Below, piece by piece: positions 1 through 9,908 of a stretch of DNA of 27,266 nucleotides. The DNA comes from a virus. Lineage: Duplodnaviria; Caudoviricetes. The notes beneath the pieces were generated by a model. That model was not told the origin of the DNA. It did not search any database and saw nothing but the letters and a program-made list of their open reading frames with translations. Position numbers and translations under genes: made by a program. The stretch spans positions 1-27,266 of the IMG/VR virus record IMGVR_UViG_3300009436_000085; one strand, given 5' to 3'. Numbering within the stretch: the stretch's first letter is position 1; every line of letters begins with the position of its first letter.

Positions 1-363
1 ATCTGCTGTATCTCCATTTTCAGGACTAGCTACTTCACCTGATGTAGGTTCAGCATTCTGAGTACTTCCTGCTCTAGATACGTATGTATGATTACCATCT
101 TGTGTTATTCCTGCGATAGCTGTTTCTAATGCTTGCAGTTGATCTCCTAAAGAGCTATCATTATCAGTAAGTATTGTTCCTGTGTAGGTTCTTACGAAAT
201 CTAGGTCAATATTTACCCATGTTGCGCCTGTCCAATACCATATGGATGGAGTATCTTCCTCCCTTGCCCATGCGGATTGTGTTCCTGTAGGTGTCCACGT
301 TGGTCCTGCTCCTGCAGTTATAGTGGAAATTGCGTTATTAAACAGATTGTCTCCTGCTGCCAT
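1..363 (-). CDS. Tail fibre/spike-like structural protein, 5' part (runs off window start)
   Basis: Not in ORF track. Manual translation from ATG at 363 gives MAAGDNLFNNAISTITAGAGPTWTPTG...IWYWTGATWV..., open to base 1. T/G/A-rich with a W-x-W-x-G-x-x-W motif common in phage fibres; A-rich leader. Confidence 0.6.
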   Translation of the reverse strand, partial: MAAGDNLFNNAISTITAGAGPTWTPTGTQSAWAREEDTPSIWYWTGATWVNIDLDFVRTYTGTILTDNDSSLGDQLQALETAIAGITQDGNHTYVSRAGSTQNAEPTSGEVASPENGDTAD

Positions 364-393
364 TGTAACTTATTTTAATTGTTTGTGTTTATT

Positions 394-972
394 TTATGTA
401 GTTCCTATTGTAGAATTGTTTGGTGATGGTACTCCATCTAGATTGTCACTTGCCCATCTAAACTTTCTGCCTGCCCCTAAATCTGCTAGAGCTTGTGCAT
501 AAGAATCTTTGACAACTATCAATTCATCTTGTATGAAATTATCATCCATATCAAGTGTCTGATCAGCTAAGTGGTTACCTAAACCATCTCCTGCATTTCC
601 TGAATTGGCACAATTACCAATATCACTACAAAGTATGCCTCCTACCTCGTCAATTAAGTTTTTTGTAATTGAATTATTACCTAGTATATTTTCAGAGCTA
701 TCTGTTGTTATCTCAAGAGTAACAGGCAGACTCAGTTGTTCAGTATTAACAGTTACATTAACTATTAAGATATGAGTACTTCCAGGAAATGTGTTTCCTA
801 GAGAATACTCAGCTACTGTAGATCCTTGTGCACCTGTACTTGAAGATATGCTATTTATGGTAAGTTCTGAACCAACACTAGCAGTAGCTAATACATTCTG
901 AGCTATTTTAGTAGCATCTCCGTTATATACAAAAGATATATTATAATCACTACCTACTCTTATAATTTGCAT
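394..972 (-). CDS. Putative virion/tail protein with N-terminal DUF11-like Ig domain
   Basis: Beta-strand-rich domain ending in ENILGNNS (DUF11-like D/E-xxx-NN end motif); lies in structural operon. Confidence 0.5.
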   Translation of the reverse strand: MQIIRVGSDYNISFVYNGDATKIAQNVLATASVGSELTINSISSSTGAQGSTVAEYSLGNTFPGSTHILIVNVTVNTEQLSLPVTLEITTDSSENILGNNSITKNLIDEVGGILCSDIGNCANSGNAGDGLGNHLADQTLDMDDNFIQDELIVVKDSYAQALADLGAGRKFRWASDNLDGVPSPNNSTIGTT

Positions 973-990
973 TATTATATATTTTTATTA

Positions 991-2055
991 TTATACGTTA
1001 AATACTCTAACAGCTTGTGAATTCCATGCTGATAAAGATGATTCAAGACCTCTAGAGTCTACAGGTTGAATTCTTACTCTTTTTAATATCCCTGCTGCGC
1101 CACTATGTTGAGTACTCAAGTCTACATTTATAATAATACCTTTTGAACTAGCTGCTGCTAATCCTGAAGGTATAGTTACTAATTCAGTAGTTGCGTTGTA
1201 AGATACTCCTGCATCTGCTGCTCCTGTACTAGTGTATTCGAATCCACTCGGAAGATTTGTTAAAAATACAACATCTCTGTCAGTTGGACTAGCTGATGTA
1301 TTAGTTACTAGGAATTCAATTGCAATATTGTCTCCGTTATTTTGATTAACATTTCCGTTAATATCTATACTTGATGTAAGACTTAAAGAATCTAATGCAC
1401 CAGAAACACCTTGAGGAATACCAAGGTTAAGTACCTTATTAGGGCTTGACCCTGTTATTACAGCAGTTGCTGAATCTCCAGCAGCTAAAGTAGTAACTGT
1501 ACCTATAGTAAGATTATCTCCATCTACAGGGTCAGGAAGAACTAAGTTTAATACTTGATTAGGTGATGTACCTGTAATACTAGCTGATGCTACACCTGTT
1601 GTGATAGTACCTATAGTTAATACATTACTAGCACCTGCAGGACCTTCTAGTCCACTAAGCTCACTTAATAAATCTCCTTTAGAGATTCCTCCTAGAACTA
1701 TTACTTTTGAATTGTTTGTATCATCAGAATCGTCAGGAAGGACAGTGCCTTCAAGAGTAACTTCATATGGACTTAATGATTCATCAGTAACAGTAGCCAT
1801 AAAAGATAGATACTGATTTTGATCTGAAACTATTTCAGGAAGAGTCCATACACCTGTGACTATATTAAACGCTCCACTACTAGGTATTACATTTGTAATA
1901 CTTACACCAGCAGTGTTTGTTAATACGAATTCAAGGTTTTGTTTTTTTACAGTAACAGAATTCCCAATGCTGTCAACTGTAGGGGCTATACCAATTGTAA
2001 AATTTTTAGTATAAACATACCCATTTTTTATTATATCTACTGTACCGTTTGACAT
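991..2055 (-). CDS. Tail fibre/adhesin-like protein: DUF11-like domains flanking two TIGTVTT repeats
   Basis: GVWTLPEI...DDSDDTNNS (DUF11-like), GLEGPAG short collagen-like stretch, two TIGT(I/V)TT..A.ITG.SPN.VLNL..P repeats, second Ig-like domain (IEFLVTNT..TNLPSGFEY). Confidence 0.6.
   Translation of the reverse strand: MSNGTVDIIKNGYVYTKNFTIGIAPTVDSIGNSVTVKKQNLEFVLTNTAGVSITNVIPSSGAFNIVTGVWTLPEIVSDQNQYLSFMATVTDESLSPYEVTLEGTVLPDDSDDTNNSKVIVLGGISKGDLLSELSGLEGPAGASNVLTIGTITTGVASASITGTSPNQVLNLVLPDPVDGDNLTIGTVTTLAAGDSATAVITGSSPNKVLNLGIPQGVSGALDSLSLTSSIDINGNVNQNNGDNIAIEFLVTNTSASPTDRDVVFLTNLPSGFEYTSTGAADAGVSYNATTELVTIPSGLAAASSKGIIINVDLSTQHSGAAGILKRVRIQPVDSRGLESSLSAWNSQAVRVFNV
1408..1645 (-). repeat. 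Tandem ~35-aa protein repeat (2 copies) in fibre gene
   Basis: VLTIGTITTGVASASITGTSPNQVLNLVLP versus NLTIGTVTTLAAGDSATAVITGSSPNKVLNLGIP. Confidence 0.8.
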
Positions 2056-2057
2056 GA

Positions 2058-2579
2058 TTACGAAATTTGAATATCAATTATTGAATTATCTACTTGAGTT
2101 GTAACTGAGATATCTACAACAGGCTCTACACATGTTCCTAAACAAGGATCACATACTTTATCCGCATCGCAAACAACTGTTGCACACCTAGACTTGAATA
2201 CTATGTCAACTATTCCGACATTACTTTCTCCACCTTGCTGTACTCTGTACTGTATTTGACCTGTTGTGTAAGAACTCCCCTCAACTGAAGGGTTGTATGC
2301 GGCTGTAAAACTAATGTTATCCTCATCAATTGTAACATTGGTTAAGTTAACACTGTTTTTTACTATCGTATACACTGCAATGTCTGTGCTTCCTGTCTTT
2401 AAACTCACTTTGCCCATGATAGGTATCACTCCTGATGTTTCAGAGGCTCCACAAGGAAACACTGAGTCTGCTGCTTTAATAAGCATGTGAGGTGTAATAA
2501 CACACTTTCCGCTATTGTGGCAAGAAGGAGCACCTACTATAGTTGGAGAACAACTACACCAATTGAATTTTGTATCCAT
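2058..2579 (-). CDS. Cys-rich putative structural protein
   Basis: 173 aa with 10 Cys in N- and C-terminal clusters around an Ig/cadherin-like core (ISFTA...IQYRV). Confidence 0.55.
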   Translation of the reverse strand: MDTKFNWCSCSPTIVGAPSCHNSGKCVITPHMLIKAADSVFPCGASETSGVIPIMGKVSLKTGSTDIAVYTIVKNSVNLTNVTIDEDNISFTAAYNPSVEGSSYTTGQIQYRVQQGGESNVGIVDIVFKSRCATVVCDADKVCDPCLGTCVEPVVDISVTTQVDNSIIDIQIS

Positions 2580-2606
2580 TATATTTTATTTTTTTCTTAT
2601 TATTAT

Positions 2607-3101
2607 TTAGCAGCTACAATTTAGCCTTTTAAACATGCTAACCAAAACTTTGTAATGTTCCGAAGCTTGTTCTATTAGACCTCTTTTACTTGAGGCTTTT
2701 ACTAGCTCCATTTGAAGCCATATATTTTTAACGTCACCATCTTCTATTCCATTGTCTATCAATACCTTCTCAAATGCACATTGTGCTGAAGATAAAATAG
2801 CCTCTGTTCTAGAGTACTTTACACCGCAAACTTCTGTGCTGAAAGTATATATTCCATCACTGTCGCATTCTACATCATTAGTTAACGACAAAAGGGGTAC
2901 TCCAGTAGACAGACCTATATTAGCCTGAAGTACTGAGGTAGCCCCATTTTCTTCGTTTACAATTGATACGGTATAAATGTCTTGGGCTGTGTTATGTTTC
3001 GCTGTTACCCATTCTGAGTAATCAGTAAAAATTAAATCCTCATCCTTATAATCTAATAAGAATTTGAACTTATTTTCTGAGATGCAAGAGCATTTAGACA
3101 T
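2607..3101 (-). CDS. Cys-rich putative virion (neck/tail) protein
   Basis: 164 aa, CSC at both termini, beta-rich N-half and helical C-half; structural operon context. Confidence 0.5.
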   Translation of the reverse strand: MSKCSCISENKFKFLLDYKDEDLIFTDYSEWVTAKHNTAQDIYTVSIVNEENGATSVLQANIGLSTGVPLLSLTNDVECDSDGIYTFSTEVCGVKYSRTEAILSSAQCAFEKVLIDNGIEDGDVKNIWLQMELVKASSKRGLIEQASEHYKVLVSMFKRLNCSC

Positions 3102-3173
3102 TATAATCGCAATTATATATTATGTAAAATTTATTGTTAGAATTTTAAAGTTTTTCTAACCTAAACTTATTTC

Positions 3174-3428
3174 TTATAGTACTGTACCTGATGAGTTAAC
3201 TTTTTCTACAACAGGAGTAGTTAAACTTTTAGCTAGTTCAACCATGTCAATTCTAAACCACTCTCCTGCATTATCAGGATCTTTAAACTGCATGAACTCT
3301 CCATTACAAGGAAGTTCAGGTCCACAGTCTGTGCAGTCTTTAACACAAATGAAATCAACAGGCTTTACTCCACCGTTTTTATCATTTGTACTTAGAATAC
3401 CCTTTTTTACTTGAATCTTTTTTATCAT
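3174..3428 (-). CDS. Small Cys-motif hypothetical protein
   Basis: CVKDCTDC..PC motif. ATG at 3428 preferred over GTG at 3449 because it follows an A-rich leader. Confidence 0.6.
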   Translation of the reverse strand: MIKKIQVKKGILSTNDKNGGVKPVDFICVKDCTDCGPELPCNGEFMQFKDPDNAGEWFRIDMVELAKSLTTPVVEKVNSSGTVL

Positions 3429-3453
3429 CGTTTTTATTTTTATTCCCACCCAA

Positions 3454-3490
3454 ATAAAAGGTCAGGAAACACTCGAATGAATGTCTCCTG
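3454..3490 (-). terminator. Rho-independent terminator-like hairpin
   Basis: Minus strand CAGGAGACATTC-ATTC-GAGTGTTTCCTG, 12-bp stem with G-U pairs, followed by ACCTTTTATTT. Confidence 0.55.
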
Positions 3491-3516
3491 CCAATGAAAT
3501 CGAGTTGGGGATAATA

Positions 3517-3552
3517 CAAAATAGGAGGTGGTAACTTTTTACCACACTCCTA
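3517..3552 (-). terminator. Rho-independent terminator after the 538-aa gene
   Basis: Minus strand TAGGAGTGTGGTAA-AAAG-TTACCACCTCCTA followed by TTTT. Confidence 0.65.
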
Positions 3553-3566
3553 GTTATATATATTTA

Positions 3567-5183
3567 TTATGAAGGACAAACTGCAGTAGCTAAATCTCTA
3601 CATACGTTTGGCTTAATAGCTACAAATTTAGTAAACAGTGCTTCTACTGCAGTTTTTGTAGTAGAATCTCCTTGAGGTACATTAAGCTCTGAAAATACTT
3701 TATAAGTATTACTCTCAGGCATTACAAATGAATCTCCGTATACTCTACTTCTTACGTAGTAAGTACAGTAAGATGTTTGACAATCTGCTGTTGTTATATT
3801 AGAAAGTTGTGAGTTACTATCAGGTAATCCTAAGTGTCCTGAGTAAGTGTTTCCTTGTTGGAAATCAAACCCTTCTCCACCTACGATTTGGTGATACTCT
3901 CTCAACTGTACATCTGTTCCGAAGTTAGAAGCGATAGCACCTTTCTGAAGCGTAGCTTTCAAGAAGTTAGTGTTAATTGCCTCATAAGCATCAAAGAATT
4001 CAATATCAATTTGTCTTCCTCTATACTCAGGTACTTGTCCTATGAACGCTCCACACTCAAGCTTATCTTGCTTAGCGATAATTGCTAATCCTGCAGTTGG
4101 TGTTTCAGTATCTGTAGATGTTGAACAATCTTGACAGAATGACTCTTGTGAGAATGTTGGGAAAGGTACGATTGCATTTGCACAATCACTTAATCCTGCA
4201 ATTGCGAAGTTAGTATCACATGTAGAAACATACATTTGGATTCCACAACAGTCTCCCATACCTTGTGTAAGTACTACGAAACCTCCATGTCTTCCATACT
4301 CTTCTTCAAAACCTTCTTGGATCTGAGCTGCTGCTTCTTCTAGCTGAGCTGTAAGAGTTTTAGTATTATCTGCTGCTGCAGTAAGACCTACGAAATTCTT
4401 CACTACACCATTAATAGTAAATGTTGTAAGTGCATCAATTCTATCACAACCATCACAATCAGTTCCTTCAGGAACCATACAGTATGATTTGAATGTTGGG
4501 TGAAGTTTAACAGCTTTGTAAGGCTTATCAAAACTTCTTCCTGAACCCATACCTGGATATGGTAGTTCGTCTAAAGTAATTCTTTCTAGATTGCCGTTGA
4601 TCTCGTCTACAAGACCACACATGTATTCATCTGCTGTTACAGTCTTATCACAATCCTCACACTGCTTACAGTTAGGTGTATAAGAAAAAACTTGTGATGC
4701 TCTTACACGATTTGGGTAAAATGCTCTAGTTTCGTTATCATCTAAAGTAATTCTAACTGAAAGTGTATCGCAAGTTAAACATTTTGGATAAGCTGCTTTG
4801 ATTTCACTTAGTGCACAAGATGGTCCATAAGCTCCTAGATCTCTAATATCACATCCACCGAACTCTTCAGGTCCTGCACTTCTGATTGAATCTACGATAC
4901 CGTTATTACCACTTGAGTGAAGTACACCTATGTTAAGGCTTCCAACATTATCTGCAGTAATACTTGCAACATCAATTGTTAAAGGTACTGTTCCTGCTGC
5001 TGATCCTGCAGGTACATCTAACCATAAGATTGGTTGTTTAGGATTAAATGCGTTGTTATAAATACGTCTTGTTTGAGTCGTACCAGGCTTTCTCTTTATT
5101 GTGTAAAGAGGTAGGTCTGCTGCAGGGAAACCAAAATCTCCCTCAGTTACTAATATTCTGTTAAAGTTAGCGTAATTCTTCAT
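3567..5183 (-). CDS. Cys-rich capsid auxiliary/decoration-like protein (crAss gene 73 position)
   Basis: Third gene after MCP, as in crAss-like head modules. Bounded by a terminator, suggesting high expression. 22 Cys including several CxxC. Confidence 0.55.
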   Translation of the reverse strand: MKNYANFNRILVTEGDFGFPAADLPLYTIKRKPGTTQTRRIYNNAFNPKQPILWLDVPAGSAAGTVPLTIDVASITADNVGSLNIGVLHSSGNNGIVDSIRSAGPEEFGGCDIRDLGAYGPSCALSEIKAAYPKCLTCDTLSVRITLDDNETRAFYPNRVRASQVFSYTPNCKQCEDCDKTVTADEYMCGLVDEINGNLERITLDELPYPGMGSGRSFDKPYKAVKLHPTFKSYCMVPEGTDCDGCDRIDALTTFTINGVVKNFVGLTAAADNTKTLTAQLEEAAAQIQEGFEEEYGRHGGFVVLTQGMGDCCGIQMYVSTCDTNFAIAGLSDCANAIVPFPTFSQESFCQDCSTSTDTETPTAGLAIIAKQDKLECGAFIGQVPEYRGRQIDIEFFDAYEAINTNFLKATLQKGAIASNFGTDVQLREYHQIVGGEGFDFQQGNTYSGHLGLPDSNSQLSNITTADCQTSYCTYYVRSRVYGDSFVMPESNTYKVFSELNVPQGDSTTKTAVEALFTKFVAIKPNVCRDLATAVCPS

Positions 5184-5217
5184 GAATTTATTTTATTTAT
5201 TTTCTGTTTGTATTTAG

Positions 5218-5946
5218 CTATGCTATTTTATCGATAGAAACTATCTTATTAAAATCTGTTTGAAATTGTTGTGGACTCCTTGTAGCTGCATCACTAATCA
5301 ATACTGCAACATCTACTACTTTAGTTGCTATTGATGAGTTATCTACTTCAAAGAATACAGAATTTGCTTCTAATATACCATCTAATTGACTTATAGGTTT
5401 ATTACAAGTTATTAAGTGATCTGCTGTAACTCCTGTAGGCTTCTTATAGTAGTCTACTATAACACTGTCTAAGTCCAATTGACCATCAGTGTATACGTAT
5501 AAACCATTAGAACCTTGCTCTGCTATTAATTGTTCCCAACCGAAATTTGCCTTCCTGTATGGGTCTCTTCTAGCATCGTTTAAATCATCCGATTGTACTA
5601 TTCTTAAAGGAATCTCCTTTTGACAGTCTACACATCTCTCATGAGATATAACTGCTGATTGGTTTAACCTTTTATATAGATTGCTAGGATATTTTGCTAT
5701 CCAATAATCTTCATCTACCTTTGTCAAGTTTAATTTCTTATGCTTAACCTTTAGTAGTCTAATATTATCTTCGTACCTTCTATCCTGCTCTGCTAATTGA
5801 ATATTGTTCTCTGCTATTCTGTACCAAGCCTCGTTTATAAAACTTACTACATCTCTAATTGCAAAGTTCTTAGATGACCCAGTGTTCATTGAATTCTTCT
5901 TCAAATAGAAATCATATAGTAATTTCTCTACTGGTATCTTAGACAT
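5218..5946 (-). CDS. Ring/neck (head-tail connector) protein, crAss gene 74-like
   Basis: SFINEA N-terminal helix, YPSNLY and VDYYKKP motifs, C-terminal VVDVAV helix; size and position match crAss ring proteins. Confidence 0.65.
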   Translation of the reverse strand: MSKIPVEKLLYDFYLKKNSMNTGSSKNFAIRDVVSFINEAWYRIAENNIQLAEQDRRYEDNIRLLKVKHKKLNLTKVDEDYWIAKYPSNLYKRLNQSAVISHERCVDCQKEIPLRIVQSDDLNDARRDPYRKANFGWEQLIAEQGSNGLYVYTDGQLDLDSVIVDYYKKPTGVTADHLITCNKPISQLDGILEANSVFFEVDNSSIATKVVDVAVLISDAATRSPQQFQTDFNKIVSIDKIA

Positions 5947-5952
5947 CTTCTT

Positions 5953-7002
5953 TTATTTTTCAAAGTTCTCTAAAAAGTCAACTATTTTATCCCACATATC
6001 CATATTCTTAGGATTCATGAAATATGAAATTAAGTCATTATCATTTTTAGTATTCTCAAGTTTAAGTCCATCTAAGTGATAAACTCCCTCTTTTCTTGTA
6101 AATGCTCTCTTTGACTTAGCATCTATGATCTGTGCCATAGTATGTAACTCTGCATCTTTCATTTGAGCTAGTTGCAAGAATCTGTTCTGCCAAGTAGATC
6201 CACCGAACTTACTAGACTTTGCTGTATTCTTAGCACATCCATCTCTCAGCTCCATATATAGAAGCTCATTGTCTCCTGTAAGCTCATCAAAAGATGTTGG
6301 TTGCATAATTTGAGCTACATGTAATTGTCTTTCAACTGACATGTTTCTCAACAATTCTATTGCTGAATCCTCATCTTCAACTTTCTCCTTACGGATCTTA
6401 GTCTCTGTTTGTGGACTCCATATAGCTAATTCTGCACCTGCTACAGTAATGCTTGATTGATTAAGCATAGGGTTCTTGATCTCAGGGTTACCCATGTATG
6501 TTCTGATAAAAAACTCCTCTAAAGGAATATCAGCGTGAAGTGCTATCTTACCACCTCTCATAAATGTGCTTGCAAAGAAATCATGATGGTTTAAGAAAGG
6601 ATCTGAAGGATTTGTAAAAGACTTTTCTTCAGGCATTATTATATTACCTGTCTTTGGATCTCTTAAACTTAATGCTTCTCCTATTCTATGTAGGTCGTTA
6701 TACGTACCGTACCAAGCCCATTTTTGATTAATCTTGTCCCACTGAGTAGTTAGATTCCTAACTGCTCCAGGTATTGAAGTATAATCATACTCTAACTCCT
6801 GATCATCGAAACTGTCTGAACTAGGATTCTTAGCCTTTTGACCGAAGAAACCAGGCTTAGCTAGTTTACCTGTTGTTAATCTATTCAACTTGTCCACCTT
6901 AGATAAGAAAACCACAGGGGGCAAATTGGTTTTTAAGATATTCTGTGCCTGAGTCTTTTTAGAAGACTTAGCACTCTCTTTTGCTGTTGACTTAGTTGCC
7001 AT
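5953..7002 (-). CDS. Conserved crAss-like protein downstream of MCP (gene 75-like)
   Basis: 349 aa directly after MCP. The C-terminal LISYFMNPKN motif is typical of this family as I recall it. Confidence 0.6.
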   Translation of the reverse strand: MATKSTAKESAKSSKKTQAQNILKTNLPPVVFLSKVDKLNRLTTGKLAKPGFFGQKAKNPSSDSFDDQELEYDYTSIPGAVRNLTTQWDKINQKWAWYGTYNDLHRIGEALSLRDPKTGNIIMPEEKSFTNPSDPFLNHHDFFASTFMRGGKIALHADIPLEEFFIRTYMGNPEIKNPMLNQSSITVAGAELAIWSPQTETKIRKEKVEDEDSAIELLRNMSVERQLHVAQIMQPTSFDELTGDNELLYMELRDGCAKNTAKSSKFGGSTWQNRFLQLAQMKDAELHTMAQIIDAKSKRAFTRKEGVYHLDGLKLENTKNDNDLISYFMNPKNMDMWDKIVDFLENFEK

Positions 7003-7025
7003 TTATTTTATATTTATATTATCCC

Positions 7026-7069
7026 AAAAATTACAGCAACATCACTAACTCGAACTAGTGATGCTGCTG
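7026..7069 (-). terminator. Rho-independent terminator after major capsid gene
   Basis: Minus strand CAGCAGCATCACTAGT-TCGA-GTTAGTGATGTTGCTG (about 16-bp stem) followed by TAATTTTT. Confidence 0.75.
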
Positions 7070-7093
7070 CTTAATTATAATCTAAAGTTTATC

Positions 7094-8647
7094 TTATTGA
7101 ACTTCAGGAACCATTCTAAGAACAGAACTTAAATCATCAATAGCTAAACCGAATACTTCTCTCATTTCAATCTTATATGCATCTCCTAATGATGTATCAC
7201 CAGGTTGTGAATATCTTGGATTGTCAACTCCTACTGCACCAAATGGTGACCAGTAACCTGAAGTAACAGTTCTTCTTCTCTTCTCGTTTCTTGTAAGAAT
7301 CTTGATATTTGGCTTAGCACCAATACCCATATCCATTGCAATAAATTCGAATGAACTTGCAGGTTTGTTTGTACCAGGCATGATTGAAGACTCACCAAAT
7401 ACTCTTGGGTTATCTAACATTGCCCAATGTCCTACTGTAATTGAACCGAAAAGGTCTAAGTTATACTTGAAGAATCTAGTTGTTCCGTAAGAACGCTTCA
7501 TTCTGTCAGAAAACTCATCTGCTACTGCTTCTCCTAGTACAAATGAATCATCAATAAGAACAGGCTCTTTGTCGAATCTTTCTTTTACCCAATTGTGGAA
7601 AAGTTTAAGTCCTCCCTCACCTGTCATTAACATGATGTTTCTCTGTGCCATTGGAACTCTGTCATACCAGAAGTTGTCCAAAATGTTAGAGAACATATCA
7701 AGGTTATTAACCTTTGGGTTATACTTCATGATCTGAGCTTCTTCCATGAATTCGAAGAAACCAGGAGCTGTTGTAATTAACTGCTTAGAGTTAATGTCTC
7801 TGTGGTGATCAGAAGATCTACCTGTCATCATAAGAAGTTCCTTCTCTCTACGGTAAGTCATCTCGTGCTCAAGCTCCATCTTGTTGATAAGACCTCTTTC
7901 CATGTTAGCATCAGAATCGATATCGTGTCTTGATACGATTAAAGTACCATCTTGTAGGTGAGTTTCCTCGTCTACTGAATAAGCTTTTGTGAATGTTGTC
8001 AAGTTAACTGCGAACTCAAGGTATGTGTAATTCATTTGGAATTCACTTGAACCATAAGTCATAGTGTCAATCCAAGAACTAACAGAACCTTTTCTATCCC
8101 ACTTTCTTCCAATATCGAAGAATGCTACAGGAATGAATGTATCCTTTTCAGTTGTCTTGAATTCATATCTCCAAGAATTAGCTCCTACTGGCTCTGCAAA
8201 AGACTGAAGCATGATTTCATACTTGAAGTGTCCTACAGGGTAAAGTAGATCTTGTGGCTTGTAAAATTCGTTATCTAAAATTACATGTCCTATTTCATTA
8301 CCTGCACCAGGAAGGTCAGACTCTGAGTAAGGGTTTTGTGTAATTGAAGTTTCTGTAGCTGGCGTACCGTATACTCTCCATCTAACTTGATTCTTACCTA
8401 CATCCATCATTCCACCGTTAGCAGATACCCAATCCATAAATGGAGTAGTAGTCTTGCTCAGTGTCTCAGACATTGGCGAATAGAATGTTTTACTCAAAGC
8501 GATTAGCTCTTCGTAGTGTGCGTGCTTTGGTCCAGCAGCTAAAAGTAAATCTGAATATCTAATATCCGATCCAAATTTCTGCTCACGACTCATCGGTACG
8601 TGATTTATTTGGTATTTTGAACCATGTGGCGTTCCTCTAAATGACAT
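7094..8647 (-). CDS. Major capsid protein (crAss-like HK97 fold)
   Basis: 517 aa, two genes after portal. Motifs REKELLMMTG, ITTAPGFFE, LMTGEGG and GHWAMLD resemble crAss MCPs; followed by a strong terminator. Confidence 0.85.
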   Translation of the reverse strand: MSFRGTPHGSKYQINHVPMSREQKFGSDIRYSDLLLAAGPKHAHYEELIALSKTFYSPMSETLSKTTTPFMDWVSANGGMMDVGKNQVRWRVYGTPATETSITQNPYSESDLPGAGNEIGHVILDNEFYKPQDLLYPVGHFKYEIMLQSFAEPVGANSWRYEFKTTEKDTFIPVAFFDIGRKWDRKGSVSSWIDTMTYGSSEFQMNYTYLEFAVNLTTFTKAYSVDEETHLQDGTLIVSRHDIDSDANMERGLINKMELEHEMTYRREKELLMMTGRSSDHHRDINSKQLITTAPGFFEFMEEAQIMKYNPKVNNLDMFSNILDNFWYDRVPMAQRNIMLMTGEGGLKLFHNWVKERFDKEPVLIDDSFVLGEAVADEFSDRMKRSYGTTRFFKYNLDLFGSITVGHWAMLDNPRVFGESSIMPGTNKPASSFEFIAMDMGIGAKPNIKILTRNEKRRRTVTSGYWSPFGAVGVDNPRYSQPGDTSLGDAYKIEMREVFGLAIDDLSSVLRMVPEVQ

Positions 8648-8669
8648 ATTTAATGTTTTGTTTTTTATT

Positions 8670-9890
8670 TTAAAGTACTTTGTCCCCTAGATCAAACCAT
8701 GACCCTGGGTTTTTTTTATTATTCGTATTTTTAACAGGATCTCCATCAGGATATTTTTCAATCTCCACAGTATTCCTATTCATAAAATCTTTATCTGAAA
8801 GATCCTTTGCTTTTCTTTTTACTCCTTCTAACTCTTCGCCTCTATACTTAAGTATCTTAAATAGATACATCTGAGTCTTAAAGTCTTTAAGGTCTTCAAT
8901 TAAGAATTTATTCCATTCAGAAGTTGTGTATTTTTTACCTTCTACTTCTACTACAGCGTTTTTCTCAAATATTGAAGATCTAATATCTTCTAGTTGAGTA
9001 TCTGATAAAGGCTCTTCTCTTATAGACTTTTCTCTAAATACTCCTTCTAAGTAATCTGTATTAGCTTTTAAATCATCTGCCTCCTGTTGTGCCTTTTGAG
9101 CAGCAACCTGTGCCTTTTGTTGTATAAAGCTATCGTGCTTGTTTTTGAATTCCTTTTGGTATTCTTTAAACTCTTCTCTTATAGAGTCTTCACCGCTAAT
9201 CTCTAGACTCTCAGTGATACGTTTTACCCTTTCATCAGAATAACCTCTATCTCTCATTCCCCTGCTTATGACATCCAACATCTCGTCAGACTCTGCATCG
9301 TTAGGGTCTATAGTGGCATACTTCTCATATTGTACGTATTGACCTAGTTCACTTGGATCTGCTCCTCCCCTGATAGCCATAGCGTATTGAATATCTGATT
9401 CATTTACACCCATCTTCTCTAAGGTAGTTAAAACCTCTGTACGAGTTGCTGTAGCGACCTGCTCCTGTAGCTTAGCTTTATTAGCTTCTACATATAAGTT
9501 ATATACTTGGTCACCTGTTGCGTTTTCAGGTACTTCTACATCAGGAAGTAAATATCCATCAGTTTTCATTTGCTCTGCTACTCTTGAGTATACATCTCCT
9601 AAACTATCTCCTTTGTTTGACTCAACCTCAACCTCTTCTTTAGTTTCAACTGAATCCTCCTTTTTTAATGAGTCTAGTACATCCTGAGTTACATCAGTAA
9701 TATCAGTAGTAGCATCAACATCACTATCAACAGATTTGTCCTCAACAGGAGGATCTGCATCAAGTTGCTCTACAACTTCCTTATTATCTATTACTGTATT
9801 AACTTCCTCCCCTACAGGTTTTGGTGCAAATGGATTATCTGCTCCAATAGTTACGACTGAATTACCAATCTTGTGTTCTCCTTTTTCCAT
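8670..9890 (-). CDS. Putative capsid scaffolding protein
   Basis: Acidic low-complexity N-terminus and coiled-coil; located between portal and MCP. Confidence 0.65.
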   Translation of the reverse strand: MEKGEHKIGNSVVTIGADNPFAPKPVGEEVNTVIDNKEVVEQLDADPPVEDKSVDSDVDATTDITDVTQDVLDSLKKEDSVETKEEVEVESNKGDSLGDVYSRVAEQMKTDGYLLPDVEVPENATGDQVYNLYVEANKAKLQEQVATATRTEVLTTLEKMGVNESDIQYAMAIRGGADPSELGQYVQYEKYATIDPNDAESDEMLDVISRGMRDRGYSDERVKRITESLEISGEDSIREEFKEYQKEFKNKHDSFIQQKAQVAAQKAQQEADDLKANTDYLEGVFREKSIREEPLSDTQLEDIRSSIFEKNAVVEVEGKKYTTSEWNKFLIEDLKDFKTQMYLFKILKYRGEELEGVKRKAKDLSDKDFMNRNTVEIEKYPDGDPVKNTNNKKNPGSWFDLGDKVL

Positions 9891-9908
9891 TTCCCTCTAT
9901 TTCTGACA

